Positions 51,190-64,000 of a stretch of 64,000 nt of DNA are shown one piece after another. The number at the start of each line of letters is the position of its first letter. Position 1 is the stretch's first letter. Where the stretch lies: assembly GCA_951406725.2 (NCBI GenBank), contig OX597816.1:162812001-162876000 (forward strand). The letters run 5' to 3'. The translations under genes and the position numbers were made by a program. This DNA is from Octopus vulgaris (Eukaryota). A model generated the notes under the pieces. It was not told where the DNA came from and did no database searches. It worked only from the letters and a program-made list of their open reading frames with translations.

Positions 51190-51572
51190 AGAGTAGCTGT
51201 GTGGTAAGAAGCTTATTCCCAATCACATGGTTCCGGGTTCAGTCTCACTGCGTGGCACCTTAGGAAAGTGGCTTCTACTATAGCCTCAGGCCGACCAAAG
51301 CCTTGTGAGTAGATTTCGTCGACGGAAACTGAAAGAAGCCTGTCGTATATATATATATATATATATATATACGTGTATGTTTGTATGTCTGTGTTTGTCC
51401 CCCACCCTCGCTTGACAACCGATGGTGGTGTGTTTACGTCGCCATAACTTAGCGGTTCGACAAAAGAGAGCGATAGAACAAGTACTAGGCTTACAAAGAA
51501 TAAGTCCCGGGGTCGATTTGTTCGACTAAAAGCGGTGTTCTAGCATGGCCGCAGTCACAAGACGGAAACAAA
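51190..51572 (+). mobile_element. SINE-B
   Basis: Head, (TA)n and tail. Confidence 0.85.
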
Positions 51573-51612
51573 TATCAGAATACATACATATATATTGTTT
51601 ATCTGCGTAACT

Positions 51613-51748
<136 letters not shown>

Positions 51749-52539
51749 ATATACATGCGTATATGTATGTGCATGTGTGTATAAATATATATGTATACAT
51801 GTATGTGTGTGTATATATATACACACACAGACATGCAGATATATATATATATTGTCATTTGTGTAACACTGGCCAGAGCAAAGAATTGGCTTCTAAAGGC
51901 AGAAAGAAACAGACTCAAGAGAAACAGGAGCTGTTTGTCAGCTTAAAAGATTTAAATGACAGCAGACTGGAAGAGTGAGCCCCAATACCGTCACGCGATT
52001 AGCGATATCTAGATTGCTATTAATCCCTCTGAAATAAAGCTCTACATCTCAAATCAGGGATCGGCATAGTGATCAATATTGACTCCCAAGGGTTTATGTG
52101 GATTTACAAGGGTCCGATATTCAGATTATATGAATGTAATATGATTGAATTTTTATTGTTCTTATCAATTACGTCAAGTATTTTTTTATTAAATTTCTTG
52201 AAATATTTCGTATAAAAATGCGATAACGACTCGAAAATTAAAAAAAACACCTCCATAAAAACAAAACAAAAAAAATACTGAGGGAATTGTTTATTAAATA
52301 TATTTTTCTTAATTATAATTTATGATTTTATTTTAGAAATTTACAAGGTTGGGATCAATTGGTTACCAAAGATTCCATGAAGAAGATCAATGAAATCCAT
52401 GAACTTAGAAGTTTGCCGCTCCACTGTTGACCCTCTTGAGTAAACAACTACTTGATGAAGCTGATGAGCAGCCAAGAGAGATGGACATAATTGGAACGTC
52501 TCTGGTTATAGATCATAGCAGAGTTTATTCTATATATTT

Positions 52540-53125
52540 TATTTGTTCCATTCATTTGATAGCGGCTATGCTGGGGCACTGTCCTTAAAGAATTTTTAGT
52601 CGGATGAATCGAACCCAATATTTAATTTTTTTTTAAAAAGCCAGGTAAATTTTCTGTCAGTCACTTGTGCCAAACCGCTAAGTTACAGGGATATAAGCAC
52701 CCTAATACCGGCTATTGAGCGGTGTAGAGGATAAATACAGACACGAAAACACACACACACACACACACGACGGGCTTCTTTCAGTTTCCATCTACCAAAT
52801 TCACTCATAAGGCTGTGGTCGGCCTGAGGCTACAGTAGAAGGTACTTGCCCAGTGTGCCACACAGCGGGACTAAACTCAGAATCATGTGTTTGGGAAGCA
52901 AGCTTCTTACCACCCAGCCACTCGTGTACCTATGTATATATATATAGATAGATACACATACACACTCGACAGGCTTCTGTCAGTTTCCGTCTACCAAATC
53001 CATTCACAAGGCTTTGGTCGGCCAGAGACTATAGTGGAAAAAACTTGCTCATGGTGACTTGCAATGAGATTGAACGCGGAATCATGTGGTTGGGAAGGTA
53101 ACTCCTTACCACACAGCTATGTCTG
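52540..53125 (-). mobile_element. SINE-B copy plus a second 5' half
   Basis: Two heads (ending ~52925 and ~53125). Confidence 0.75.
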
Positions 53126-53444
53126 TGCCTATAAACGATAATGCAACGCAATTTCACATAAATTTCACTGGCCATTCCCTAAATACATAATTCAATCGAT
53201 CAGTTTGTTATTACGTGGATGCGTGTTATTCATAGATGTAAATTTGCTATTTCTTTGCTATTGATGTTGACCAAGAGAAAGCCAAGAGCCAATACAACTT
53301 AGAATCTATGTCCGTGTATGTATTGCCGTCAGAATTCAAAGATCCAAATCAGATAACGCAAAATAACCCGCTCGATTCACGTACAGTTCGAACCACATCC
53401 ACCACCCTGAGCAAGTCCTCCATTACTTTTACATACTTTTACAT

Positions 53445-53850
53445 AGGCGTAGGAGCGGCTGTGTGGTAAGTAGCTTGCTTACGAACCATATGTTTCCGGG
53501 TTCATTCCCACTGCAGGGCACCTTGGGCAAGTATCTTCCACTAGAGCCTCGGGCCGACCAAAGCCTTGGGAGAGGATTTGGTAGACGGAAACTGAAAGAA
53601 GCCTGTCGTATATATGTATATATACGTATGTGTGTGTATGTGTTTGTGTGTCTTTGTTTGTCCCCTAGTGTGTTTACGTCCCTGTAACTTAGCGGTTCGG
53701 CTAAAGAGAACGATAGAATAAGTACTAGGCTTACAAAGAATAAGTCCTGGGGTCGATTTGCTCGACTGAAGGCTGTGCTCCAGCATGGCTACAGTCAAAT
53801 GACTGAAATAAGTAAAGGAGTAAAGAGTAAAGAGTAAAGAGTAAAAGAAT
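53445..53850 (+). mobile_element. SINE-B with (GAGTAAA)n tail
   Basis: Full structure. Confidence 0.85.
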
Positions 53851-54046
53851 AAATTGCAATGCATGTAAGGGATGGGATGTATAGGGTAGTATGAACGTCT
53901 TGTCACCCCCTACCAATAAATACTAAGCACAATTGAAGACCAATATAATAATATCAAACACATCTGCTGGTTCACCTATTGCGGTTATTATTTAAACTTA
54001 CGTCGATTCCTCTGTGGTGTTGTTTTGCATTTATGACAGAATAAAT

Positions 54047-54379
54047 CGTGAGGGCGCGTGGCTTAGTGGTTAGGGCATTCGGCTCATGATCGTAAGGTTG
54101 TGAGTTCGATTCCCGGCGACGCGTTGTGTCCTTGAGCAAGACACTTTATTTCACGTTGCTCCAGTCCACTCAGCTGGCAAAAATGAGTTGTACTTGTATT
54201 TTAAAGGGTCAGCCTTGTCACTCTCTGTGTCACGCTGATTATCCCCGAGAACTACGTTAAGGGTACACGTGTCTGTGGAATGCTCAGCCATTTGCACGTT
54301 AATTTCACGAGCAAGCTGTTCCGTTGATCGTATCAGCTGGGACCCTCGTCGTCGTAACCGGCGGAGTCTTTTTTTTTTA
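54047..54379 (+). mobile_element. tRNA-derived SINE of a fourth family, full length, 14-bp TSD
   Basis: Box A TGGCTTAGTGG, box B GAGTTCGATTCC, T-rich tail; ATGACAGAATAAAT at 54033-54046 and 54380-54393. Confidence 0.9.
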
Positions 54380-54397
54380 ATGACAGAATAAATAATC

Positions 54398-54715
54398 TTT
54401 TATTTGTTTCAGTCATTTGGCTACGGCCATGCTGGAGCACCACCTTTAGTCGAACAAGTCGATTCCAGGACTTATTCTTTGTTAGCCTAGTACTTATTCT
54501 ATCGGTCTCTTTTGCCGAATCGCTAAGTCACGGAGACGTAAACACACCAACAGCGGTTGTCAAGCGATGGTGGGAGGACGAATGCAGACACACAAAGACA
54601 CACACACGGCCTGAAGATATAGTAGAAGAAACTTACCCAATGTGCCACACAGCGGGACCGAACCCAGAAACAGTGTGGTTGGGAAGCAAGCACCTTGCCA
54701 CACAGACGTACCTGC
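54398..54715 (-). mobile_element. SINE-B, internally deleted
   Basis: Tail and head segments recognisable. Confidence 0.75.
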
Positions 54716-54939
54716 ACCTATATATATGCACACTTATGCTTATGTGTGTGTACATATATACATACATCATACATACCTACATGCATACTCATACACGCAC
54801 ACACACACACACACACATATGTATACATATATGCACAAATTTTTATATACGTATATATATTACGCGTGTGTATATGTATATATATATATATGTATATATG
54901 AATATGTGTTGGTGTGTATGTATGCATGTATGTATGTCG

Positions 54940-55295
54940 TGGCACTCCGTCGTTTGCGATGACGAGGGTTCTAGTTGATCCGATCAACGGAGCAGCCTGC
55001 TAGTGAAATTAACGTGCAAGTGGCTGAGCACTCCTCAGACACGTGTACCTTTAACGTAGTTCTCGGAGAGATTCAGCATGACACAGAGTGTGACAAGGCT
55101 GGCCCCTTTGAAATACAGGGGCAACAGAAACAGGAAAAATGAGTGAGAGAAAGTTGTGGTGAAAGAGTGCAGCAGGGGTCGTCACCACCCCCTACCGGTG
55201 CCTCGTGGAGCTTTTAGGTGTTTTCGCTCAATAAACACAACGCCTGGTCTGGGAATCGAAACTGCGAATCCGCTGCCCCAACCACTGGGCCATTA
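54940..55295 (-). mobile_element. SINE sharing its 3' half with the 54047 family
   Basis: Reverse complement CCAGCCTTGTCACACTCTGTGTCA..AACTACGTTAAAGGTACACGTGTCTG..GCACGTTAATTTCAC. Confidence 0.75.
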
Positions 55296-56483
55296 CACCT
55301 CCACTATGTATGTATGTATGTATGTATGTATGTATGTATGTATGTATGTATGTATGTATGTATGTATGTATGTATGTATGTATGTATGTATGCATGTATG
55401 TATATGTACGCATATACACACACAGACACACCTATATATTTCTACTGTGGTTGTTTTTTACGCTTCAGGTTTGGAGTATTACTGCTTTACTTCAATGCAT
55501 AAAGAACACACAAGCAGAACAAACTACTGATAAAACTTTAATTGTAGAAAACACCAAATACTATTTAAACCGTTTAAGTACTAATCCTAATGCCTACACC
55601 TAGACATCACCCCAACTCACATCCCCTTTCTCTGCATCATCATCATCATCATCATCAACAGCATCATCAGTATTATTATTGCTGTACTTATTATTAGTAG
55701 TATCAGCACTATTAACATTAGTAGCATTGATGTTGCTACCGATGTCGTTTTTATTGTCGTTGCTGCAGATAAAACTCTGTGGAACACGATTTAAGTCCAT
55801 GGAGATTAATCCTGTTTTTGGAAAAAAATTTTTTTCTTCTACGAAATTCTTATACAAACTTTTCAATGAGTTGCTTTGAGAGAGTGAATGGAAACTGACA
55901 TCTCGTATGTATATTGCCAGTAGGAACCTTAAAAACCGCTTTCGAATCTTGTAAATATGAAAGGGTTTTATTCATACACACACACATGCACACATAGTCA
56001 CTCGCATACTTACACACATACACACATATATATATATGTATATACTTACGCATATAAATACATACACACATATATGCATATATACACACACACTCACACA
56101 TATATATATATGCATGGGTGTATGTGTGTATGCTTTATGTAAGTATATGTTTGTATGCATATACGTATGTATGTATTGTGTATATTATGTACAGACATAT
56201 TTGTGGATGTATGCATATGTAAATGAACGTGCATATATGTATGCATACATACATGTACATACATATAAGAAGGAAAAATTAATATATATGAACACGCGCA
56301 CATACACTCACACACATATATGTCTCTCTCTATATATGCATGTGTGTATTATGTATATGCATATGTTAGTATATATGAATGTGTATGTGTTTGTATTTTT
56401 TTCTGCTTGTGTATATATGTTTGCGAGTAGATTTTTACACATAAGCGAACATACATACAAATATACACTGATGCAATCGCATT

Positions 56484-56600
<117 letters not shown>

Positions 56601-57961
56601 TTATAGTTATTTGCATTTCCGCATATATTTTTTTTATACATTAATCCAACTTAGATAATCACCTACAACTTTGTTTTAAGGGAGAAAACCAAAAACGTAA
56701 TTTTAGTTTGTAAAAAATGGCGGATATTCTCTATAATGATGCTACAGCACAGCAAAAATCTGATATAGAAGAAAGATAAGTTTACGAAGTCTTGTATTTA
56801 AGGACAGAATCATGCAATCAGGAAGCAAGAAATTTACGCGAAGACAAAACCTCAAGCTGACATCAAATTGAGGCCAAGGAAAATCAAAATTTGAGATATA
56901 CCTATCATGGTTTACCTGAAAAGCACTTGAGATACTAAATCCAATTTTATCTTATGATGTATGCTGGGTAATCTGGAAAGAATTGGATACGAAAAATAAA
57001 AACAAATACTAAATCGAAGATAACAAGATGAACACATGGAAGCGACGGATCAAAGGAATTTTGGTGCTGCTTGATGATAAAAACAGCAATAGAATTAAAA
57101 CAAATCCGCTTTGATGTTGATCTTTGGATGCAAGTAAGACTGCATCGTATAGAAGTTCTCTTCGCAGCTATGTACGTTAGGATGTAACTACATGCGGTTG
57201 ATGAAAACATTGTGAGTGGAATTTGATGGACAAAGACAGAGTGGAAGCCCCTTCAGAGGGCCTGTTCTTGTTTGGGGATGATAATTCAATCAGTTTGCTA
57301 CCTAGTTTAATTACTTGATCCCCCGGGGTTGGGGGTGCGGATTTAGTGGTCTCCACTCTCTTGTAAACACTAAGGCCAGTTCTGTGAACTGAGGATAACT
57401 TCCCTCGTTCTTTCCAGCAGTTCCAAACTTCCAGAGGGCTCATCCAGTTCCTTATAGACTATTCTGAGTCCATCAAGACAGGGAATTTATTTTCAGTGGA
57501 TAAAGTTTTGCGCATCATTGAACCTAATTTTGAACACAATCAACCATAAAACCAGTGGCACAACAGAGGTTGAGACGACTAGAGACCAAGTTTTTTTCTT
57601 TTTAAGCGAGTCTACCTTTTCCTAGAAAGAAGTTCTAAGGAGAACTAGGAGTCCTTCACTTCCAGTGATTCATAGGCGAATTAGCCCATGACTGGGACTA
57701 TAACAGGTGCTAGTGGCTAGGAGGTAGTTTCACACTTCCAAAAAGCTCCCTTACCTGGATCACACTACAGGATGCAGTTTCAAGTCATACCCAGGACATA
57801 CATACATACATACATACATACATACATACATACATACATACATACATACATACGTACGTACATGCATGCATACATACATACGTACGTACTACGTACATAC
57901 ATGCATACATACATGCATACATACATACATACATACATACATACATACATACATACATACA

Positions 57962-57992
<31 letters not shown>

Positions 57993-58006
57993 GTACATAC
58001 ATACGT

Positions 58007-58369
58007 ACACCAATCTTGAGAAATTAGGCTTTTCAAAACTAGGAAGGAGAAAGCTAATTCGAAGACTACAGATCCAATCCATCACTGGAACTGTAAAAAT
58101 CTGTAAAACTTTCCAGAAGTCTATCATTTAAGTATATATGAGCATGTCTAGATATGCAACTATATGCATGAGAATACATACATAAAACATACAAATCTGC
58201 ACACATACATACATACATACATACATACATACATACATACATACATACATACATACAAAAAATAGCCAATTGCTGATGTTGAAATTCCAATGAAGAAGCC
58301 TTGGATGTAGGTTAGAAACCAGATCTTTCTCTATTGGCAAAAAATCTTGGAATAAAACTGAACAATGAC
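58007..58369 (+). mobile_element. R4/Dong-like LINE 3' end at the end of a (CATA)n array
   Basis: TNLEKLGFSKLGRRKLIRRLQIQSITGTVKICKTFQKSII plus 3' UTR with AATAAA. Confidence 0.8.
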
Positions 58370-59018
58370 ACACACAGACATGCAGGAATTATATAAACAC
58401 CTTTAATTTTCGAAATGTTTTGGCTACTTAATGATGTGGGTATCATTTCGGAAATTCCCCAAAATATGTCTAAACAAAGACTAGGGATCTCTCTGTTGAA
58501 AAGGCGTTGAGTCTATTGACGTTTTTTTTTTTTTGCCCTACAAGGTGTTCATCGAAAACAAGCCTACAGAGGCTGTGTAGAGTTGCCGATCTAGTCGCCG
58601 ACGGCCCGTCTATGCGACAGGTTGTACTGGCTTACGTATATAAGTAGCACTTGGAGTGACCTGAGGTAATGTATATAGTTACATGCAATCCGTTTGTTTG
58701 GAGATGAAAACTATTTCCGCTCTCATTAGATATCATCAGCACAAAAGTTGCTGATTACAACTATTAATGATATTCTCCAGTGTCTCCAGCAATAGAAGAT
58801 GCTTCACTCTATGCCGCAAAAGATTACAAAAAAGCCGAAGGTAAAGAGAATTAAGCTGCAAGATACAACAAAGTGAGCACAGTGGCAATAATTCGATCAG
58901 AAATAACATAATTGTACGTTAATTAATATTTATTTGCCCAAAGAGTAGACCAATCACTTGGGAACAACTGGGAGCAATTCAATGGAGATACACACAACAC
59001 ACGCACACACACACACAC

Positions 59019-59051
<33 letters not shown>

Positions 59052-59128
59052 TATAGACATGTATGTGTATATGTATGTATATATGTATCTATATATATCC
59101 ATATACATATACATGTATATATATGGAG

Positions 59129-59175
<47 letters not shown>

Positions 59176-59188
59176 AATATATATATAC

Positions 59189-59241
<53 letters not shown>

Positions 59242-59930
59242 GTGAAATAGAAAGATGAATAATCTTGTATAGATTAATCAAAAGTTTATAGTAGCAAAAA
59301 TATAAAACATCGGTGATACAACCATATGGTGTTGCAACCGGCAGGCTTAGATGAGAACACACACACACATAAAGCATGATATATATATTTTTTCTGCCAC
59401 CCAACGGTCATAGTAGCCATGACAGCCGAACGATCAAACGCACACACGTACACAAAAAATATACGCCAACACACACGTATATAGAACATATACACACACA
59501 CACACGTCTCTAAGTAGATTTTTTCTCGCCCCTTATAAAACATCCAATATTCCTTAAATAGTCAGAACTTTATTCTCGGTCACAAAGAACATCTACGCCC
59601 CCTCACCCACATGATTGACCGATGCCTGACCCGTTGAATTCTTATACCGGTTCTCAACATACACTGATAAACAGTTTCGCCATGGGCTCTTAGGAGCATA
59701 GTTCGATTTGTTTTTGCTCCGCCTCTGTTCTGTTTTTGTTTTTCCAACGGATTTCCTATTTTCTTCCTGAAGAGAAAGACACAATATGGTCCCATTATTC
59801 CATCGGATTTTGGTAATTTGTGCCTTTCGAAACACGTGTAGAATGAAATAAAACGATTTCTGTTCAATCTGCGTTCAGCTCCATTTCTTCAATTCACCAA
59901 TAATGTATATATATATATATATATATATAC

Positions 59931-59976
<46 letters not shown>

Positions 59977-60031
59977 ATATATATATGTTTGTGTTTACAT
60001 CATCACAAATATTTATATTTCAATATATATA

Positions 60032-60076
<45 letters not shown>

Positions 60077-60580
60077 CACACATATACATATATACTTATA
60101 TGCATACATATACGCATACACATGTACACACACAAATACACACACGCATAAATGCATATATATTCATGCATACACATGCACACACTCAAACCCACACATG
60201 CACACGCTAGTACGCACGCGCAATTGCATGTATATTTCTATATCAGTGGTGACAGATTTCTGCTTGGCATAAATCTGACTGTAAGTACAACCTACTGACA
60301 AAGTGCATTGAAGCAGAAATGCATTTCGCTTCCTCGCCGGCCGATGCTAAGGCGATTTTCGCCTCACCGATACATTTTGTGTTTCGTAAATGCAGCGCAT
60401 CCATATGAGTTGTTATCTTATGACGAATATCACAATAAATTTCCTTATCACGAGGTATTCAGATTGTATATGATACATGTTTATACATACATACATACAC
60501 ACACATATATATATATGCATATATGTATATATATGAATGTATATACATATATATACATTATATATATATATATATTATAT

Positions 60581-60692
<112 letters not shown>

Positions 60693-60741
60693 TTAGATAG
60701 ATAGATATAGATATAGATATATATATAGGCGACAAAGTGCA

Positions 60742-61379
60742 CACAACTGGCTGGCTGGATCCTGAGAACATTCAGAGATAAGGAAACCATGATTGTCCTC
60801 TGGAGGACATTTGTCCCCAGCCGCCTGGATTACTGCTCCCAGCTATGGTCACCCAGCAGAGTAAAATTAACAATGGACCTTGAAGCAATCCAGCGAAGCT
60901 TTACAAAGAAGATCGTCTTTTTGCAACAGCTTAGCTACAGGGAAAGGCCGAAAGAGCTAAGACTCTACTCCCTGGAACGAAGGTATGCAGTAACATACAT
61001 CTGGAAGATCCTGGAATGAATTGTACCAAATTTTGGCATTGAAAGCTACACCAATGCTTGAACGGGTTGACACGGCAGAGTGCCAAAGATCCCGGCAATG
61101 CCATCGCATTTCGGGCCCAATTACTGCAACAGCCTGGGTTTCAAGGGCCCATAGCTTTTTAATATTCTTCTAAAGAGCCTGAGGAACCTGCACAAAGTAG
61201 ATATAGGCGTTTTAAAATCAAGGCTGGACCTCTTCCAGTCAAGAGTCCCAGACGAACCTACATCAAACTCCATTCTACACTAAGTGCTACATATTAGAGA
61301 AGGATCTCAGTAATAACAGGTGGTGCTGTTATAGCAAAACGGTCGTGCTCCTGCATGGCCACAGCTCTGAGCTGAAACC

Positions 61380-61382
<3 letters not shown>
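60742..61382 (+). mobile_element. CR1/L2-like LINE 3' fragment (same family as 3610-5322)
   Basis: GWILRTFRDKETMIVLWRTFV..DYCSQLWSP..LYSLERR; terminal GCATGGCCACAGCTCTGAGCTGAAAC, then (TA)n. Confidence 0.85.
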
Positions 61383-61429
<47 letters not shown>

Positions 61430-61514
61430 TATACACATATATGTAACCGGTTCTAAATGTGTGTTACTTTCGTTTCTTCACTCATTCATACTTATGTACA
61501 TCTACATCTTTACG

Positions 61515-61569
<55 letters not shown>

Positions 61570-61570
61570 G

Positions 61571-61746
61571 TAGGAGTGGCTATGTGGTAAGTACCTTGCT
61601 TACCAACCACATGGTTCCAGGTTCATTCCCACTACGTAGCACATTGGGCAAGTGTTTTCTACTATAGCCTCGGGCTGACCAAGGCCTTGTGAGTGGATTT
61701 GGTAGACGGAAATTAAAAGAAGCCCGTCGTGTGTGTGTGTGTATGC

Positions 61747-61784
<38 letters not shown>

Positions 61785-61950
61785 TTGTCCCCCAGCATCG
61801 CTTGACAACCGATGGTGGTTCAGCAAAAGAGACCGATAGAATAAGTACTAGGCTTACAAAGAATATTTCCTGTGGTCGATTTGCCCGACTAAAGGCGGTG
61901 CTCCAGCATGGCCGCTGCCAAATGACTGAAACAAGTAAAAGAGTAAACGA
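61571..61950 (+). mobile_element. SINE-B
   Basis: Head, microsatellite and tail. Confidence 0.85.
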
Positions 61951-62505
61951 GTATATATTAATATATATATATATATATGTATATATATTAATCAAAATAA
62001 AAACATGATGCCAAGGATTCAGCGGTACATATGTTTCGGGCCTTTATTAGACGGATTTATAACAATGCATAATGTGTGTCTATGGCCTTCTTCAGCCGCG
62101 TACAATTACTATTTCAAGGACATGTATTACATTATAAGTTTTACGTTGAGGATGCAAATCCTCACAGTCGCGTACGACAGAGAGGGGCACCAGCACAAAA
62201 ACGAAGCGTCCATCTCGTCTTTCACTCGATGTAGAATGAGGAAGTTTGGATGTTGAGATAGAGAGGGAAGGGGTTAGGGGGGTTGAATCTTTAGTGAGTT
62301 AGAGATCACAAAGAGGGAGGGTGGTGGGTGCAAAAGGTAGTATGTATATATATATATATATATATACTAAGTAATTATGGGTTTAGCAACGAATTGCCTC
62401 ACCAACACACCGAATTTAGAAATAGCAGTCAAAGAGATATAGCTATTCCTATCTACTAAAAGGGAGATCTCAGCAAAAACACAGCACTTGAAAGGCAAAC
62501 ACAGA

Positions 62506-62850
62506 TATAAATAATTTACAAAATAAGGGCAAAAGAAAAATTCTAATGCCAAATATGCCGAAAGAAAGACAAAAATTGTCAAAAAAGCATTATAATTTAT
62601 GCGTCTCGAAACAAACCGATAGAAATTTCTAAAAAATTTGTTATTACCGTAATGGTCCAATTTCGGGGAAAATTCTAAGAATTAACCCCGAAATTGTACC
62701 AATACGGTAACAACGAATTTTTTTAGAAATTTCTATCGGTTTGTTTCGAGACGCATAAATTATAATGCTTATTTGACAATTTTTGTCTTTCTTTTCGGCA
62801 TATTTGGCATTAGAATTTTTCTTTTGCCCTTATTTTGTAAATTATTCATA
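62506..62850. repeat. ~163-bp-arm inverted repeat within a (TA)n-flanked element (62367-62933)
   Basis: Arms 62506-62668 and 62686-62850, few mismatches, 17-nt spacer. Confidence 0.95.
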
Positions 62851-62932
62851 AATTTAATCTTTAAAAGGTATTTTTTGATATGCTGGCCATTGATAAAAAC
62901 TTTTTCCCGAAAAAAATTTTATACTACATTAG

Positions 62933-62978
<46 letters not shown>

Positions 62979-62979
62979 A

Positions 62980-63145
62980 TGCAGCGAGCTGGCAGAAACG
63001 TTAGCACCGCAGGCGGACTGCTTAGCGGTATTTCGTCTGTCTTTACGTTCCACCGAGGCAGACTTTGCCTTTCATCATTTGGAGGTCGATCTAATCGACT
63101 GGCCTCCTCTCCATAAATTTCGGGCCTTGTGCCCTGAGTAGAAAA
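62980..63145 (+). mobile_element. Old SINE-A-related copy
   Basis: GCAGCGAGCTGGCAGAAACGTTAGC head and core. Confidence 0.7.
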
Positions 63146-63179
63146 ATATGTGGGTGTATATATATATATATATATATAT

Positions 63180-63420
63180 ATGTAAAAAGAACCTAACAGG
63201 CAACAACAAAACAGACGATTCGAAAATAGACAGGAAAAAGCAAGGACAGGACATTCGGACCTTCCCATCGTCAGTCGAGTTCCAGAACGTCATTGCAGTT
63301 TCGTCCGGTTACACTCGAGACTGCTCCAATCTGGCTGATCCCAAGAAAATCTAAGCAAAGACCACCAGATTCTTAGGAAGAAAACAAGGACGAAAAAATC
63401 GGAGAAATGGTACTTGTATA
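63180..63420 (-). mobile_element. Family C short element
   Basis: Reverse complement CAGCCAGATTGGAGCAGTCTCGAGTGTAACC..GGAACTCGACTGACGATGGGAAGGTCCGAATG. Confidence 0.7.
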
Positions 63421-63421
63421 G

Positions 63422-63489
<68 letters not shown>

Positions 63490-63609
63490 TATAATAATAA
63501 TTGTGCTCGAAAAATAAGGGGTGTTACCTTAGTTCAAAGGTAACGAATGACTGACACCATAGTAGATCTCCAGAGTTAGAAGCTGTGCAAAGACATAAAT
63601 AAGATTAAT

Positions 63610-63990
63610 GCTATAGGCACAAGGCTTGAAATGTTGGAGAGGAAGCTAGTCAATTACATCGACCCCAGTACTGAACTATTACTTTATTTATCAACCCCGA
63701 GAGGATGAAAGGTAAAGTCGACCTCTGCGGAATTTGATCTCAGAACGTAGAGAGAGACGAAATGCTGCAAAGCGATTCTGCCAACTCGCAGCTTTAATAA
63801 TGATAATAATAGTCTTTTCTACTATAGGCACAAGGCCTGAAAATTTGTGTGGAGGTGGGTGGGCAGTCAATTAGATCGAATCTAGTATGCAACTGGTACT
63901 TAAATTATCGAACGAGAAAGGATGGAAGGCAAAGTCGACCTCGACAGAATTTGAACTCAGAACGTAAAGCACTTCGCAACGTAAAGCATT
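63610..63990 (-). mobile_element. Two old SINE-A-related copies in tandem
   Basis: CTATAGGCACAAGGC..GGAT(G)AAAGG(T/C)AAAGTCGACCTC..GAATTTGA(A)CTCAGAACGTA occurs twice. Confidence 0.7.
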
Positions 63991-64000
63991 TCGCAAACTA

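Noticed and set aside
54050-54120. tRNA gene
   Set aside because: No acceptor stem pairing; it continues into a SINE body with tail and TSD. The same applies to 2581-2645.
56715-57795. Possible LINE ORF1 remnant (+) and RTE-like 5' remnant (-)
   Set aside because: Too many stops and frameshifts to assign a family by eye.
58520-58672. Exon-like segment with polypyrimidine-AG acceptor and GTAATG donor
   Set aside because: All three frames contain stops and there is no supporting neighbouring exon.

Overview
Repeat-saturated, AT-rich eukaryotic DNA, probably from a cephalopod (Octopus-like); that assignment is inferred from my recollection of the SINE/LINE repertoire, not from a search. I recognise no host protein-coding gene, rRNA, intact tRNA or CRISPR array, and most ORFs in the track are microsatellite artefacts. 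The window contains: (1) at least four tRNA-derived SINE families, chiefly 'SINE-A' (Nin/Deu-like core) and 'SINE-B' (internal (TA)n(TG)n); (2) LINE remnants of CR1/L2-like, RTE and R4/Dong-like (restriction-like endonuclease) type; (3) a mariner derivative and a Penelope GIY-YIG fragment; (4) many short elements wedged into (TA)n tracts. Best observations: type I hammerhead-ribozyme-like motifs in the (TA)n-embedded elements, including a G3-C8 swapped core at 8118-8167; three long fold-back palindromes in (TA)n; an RTE LINE with twin-priming 5'-inversion geometry; a six-unit SINE+TSD tandem array; a GGTAT target bias of SINE-A; (CATA)n-associated R4/Dong-like LINEs; and a shared SINE-B/CR1 3' end. 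Boundaries were read by eye and may be off by some bases.
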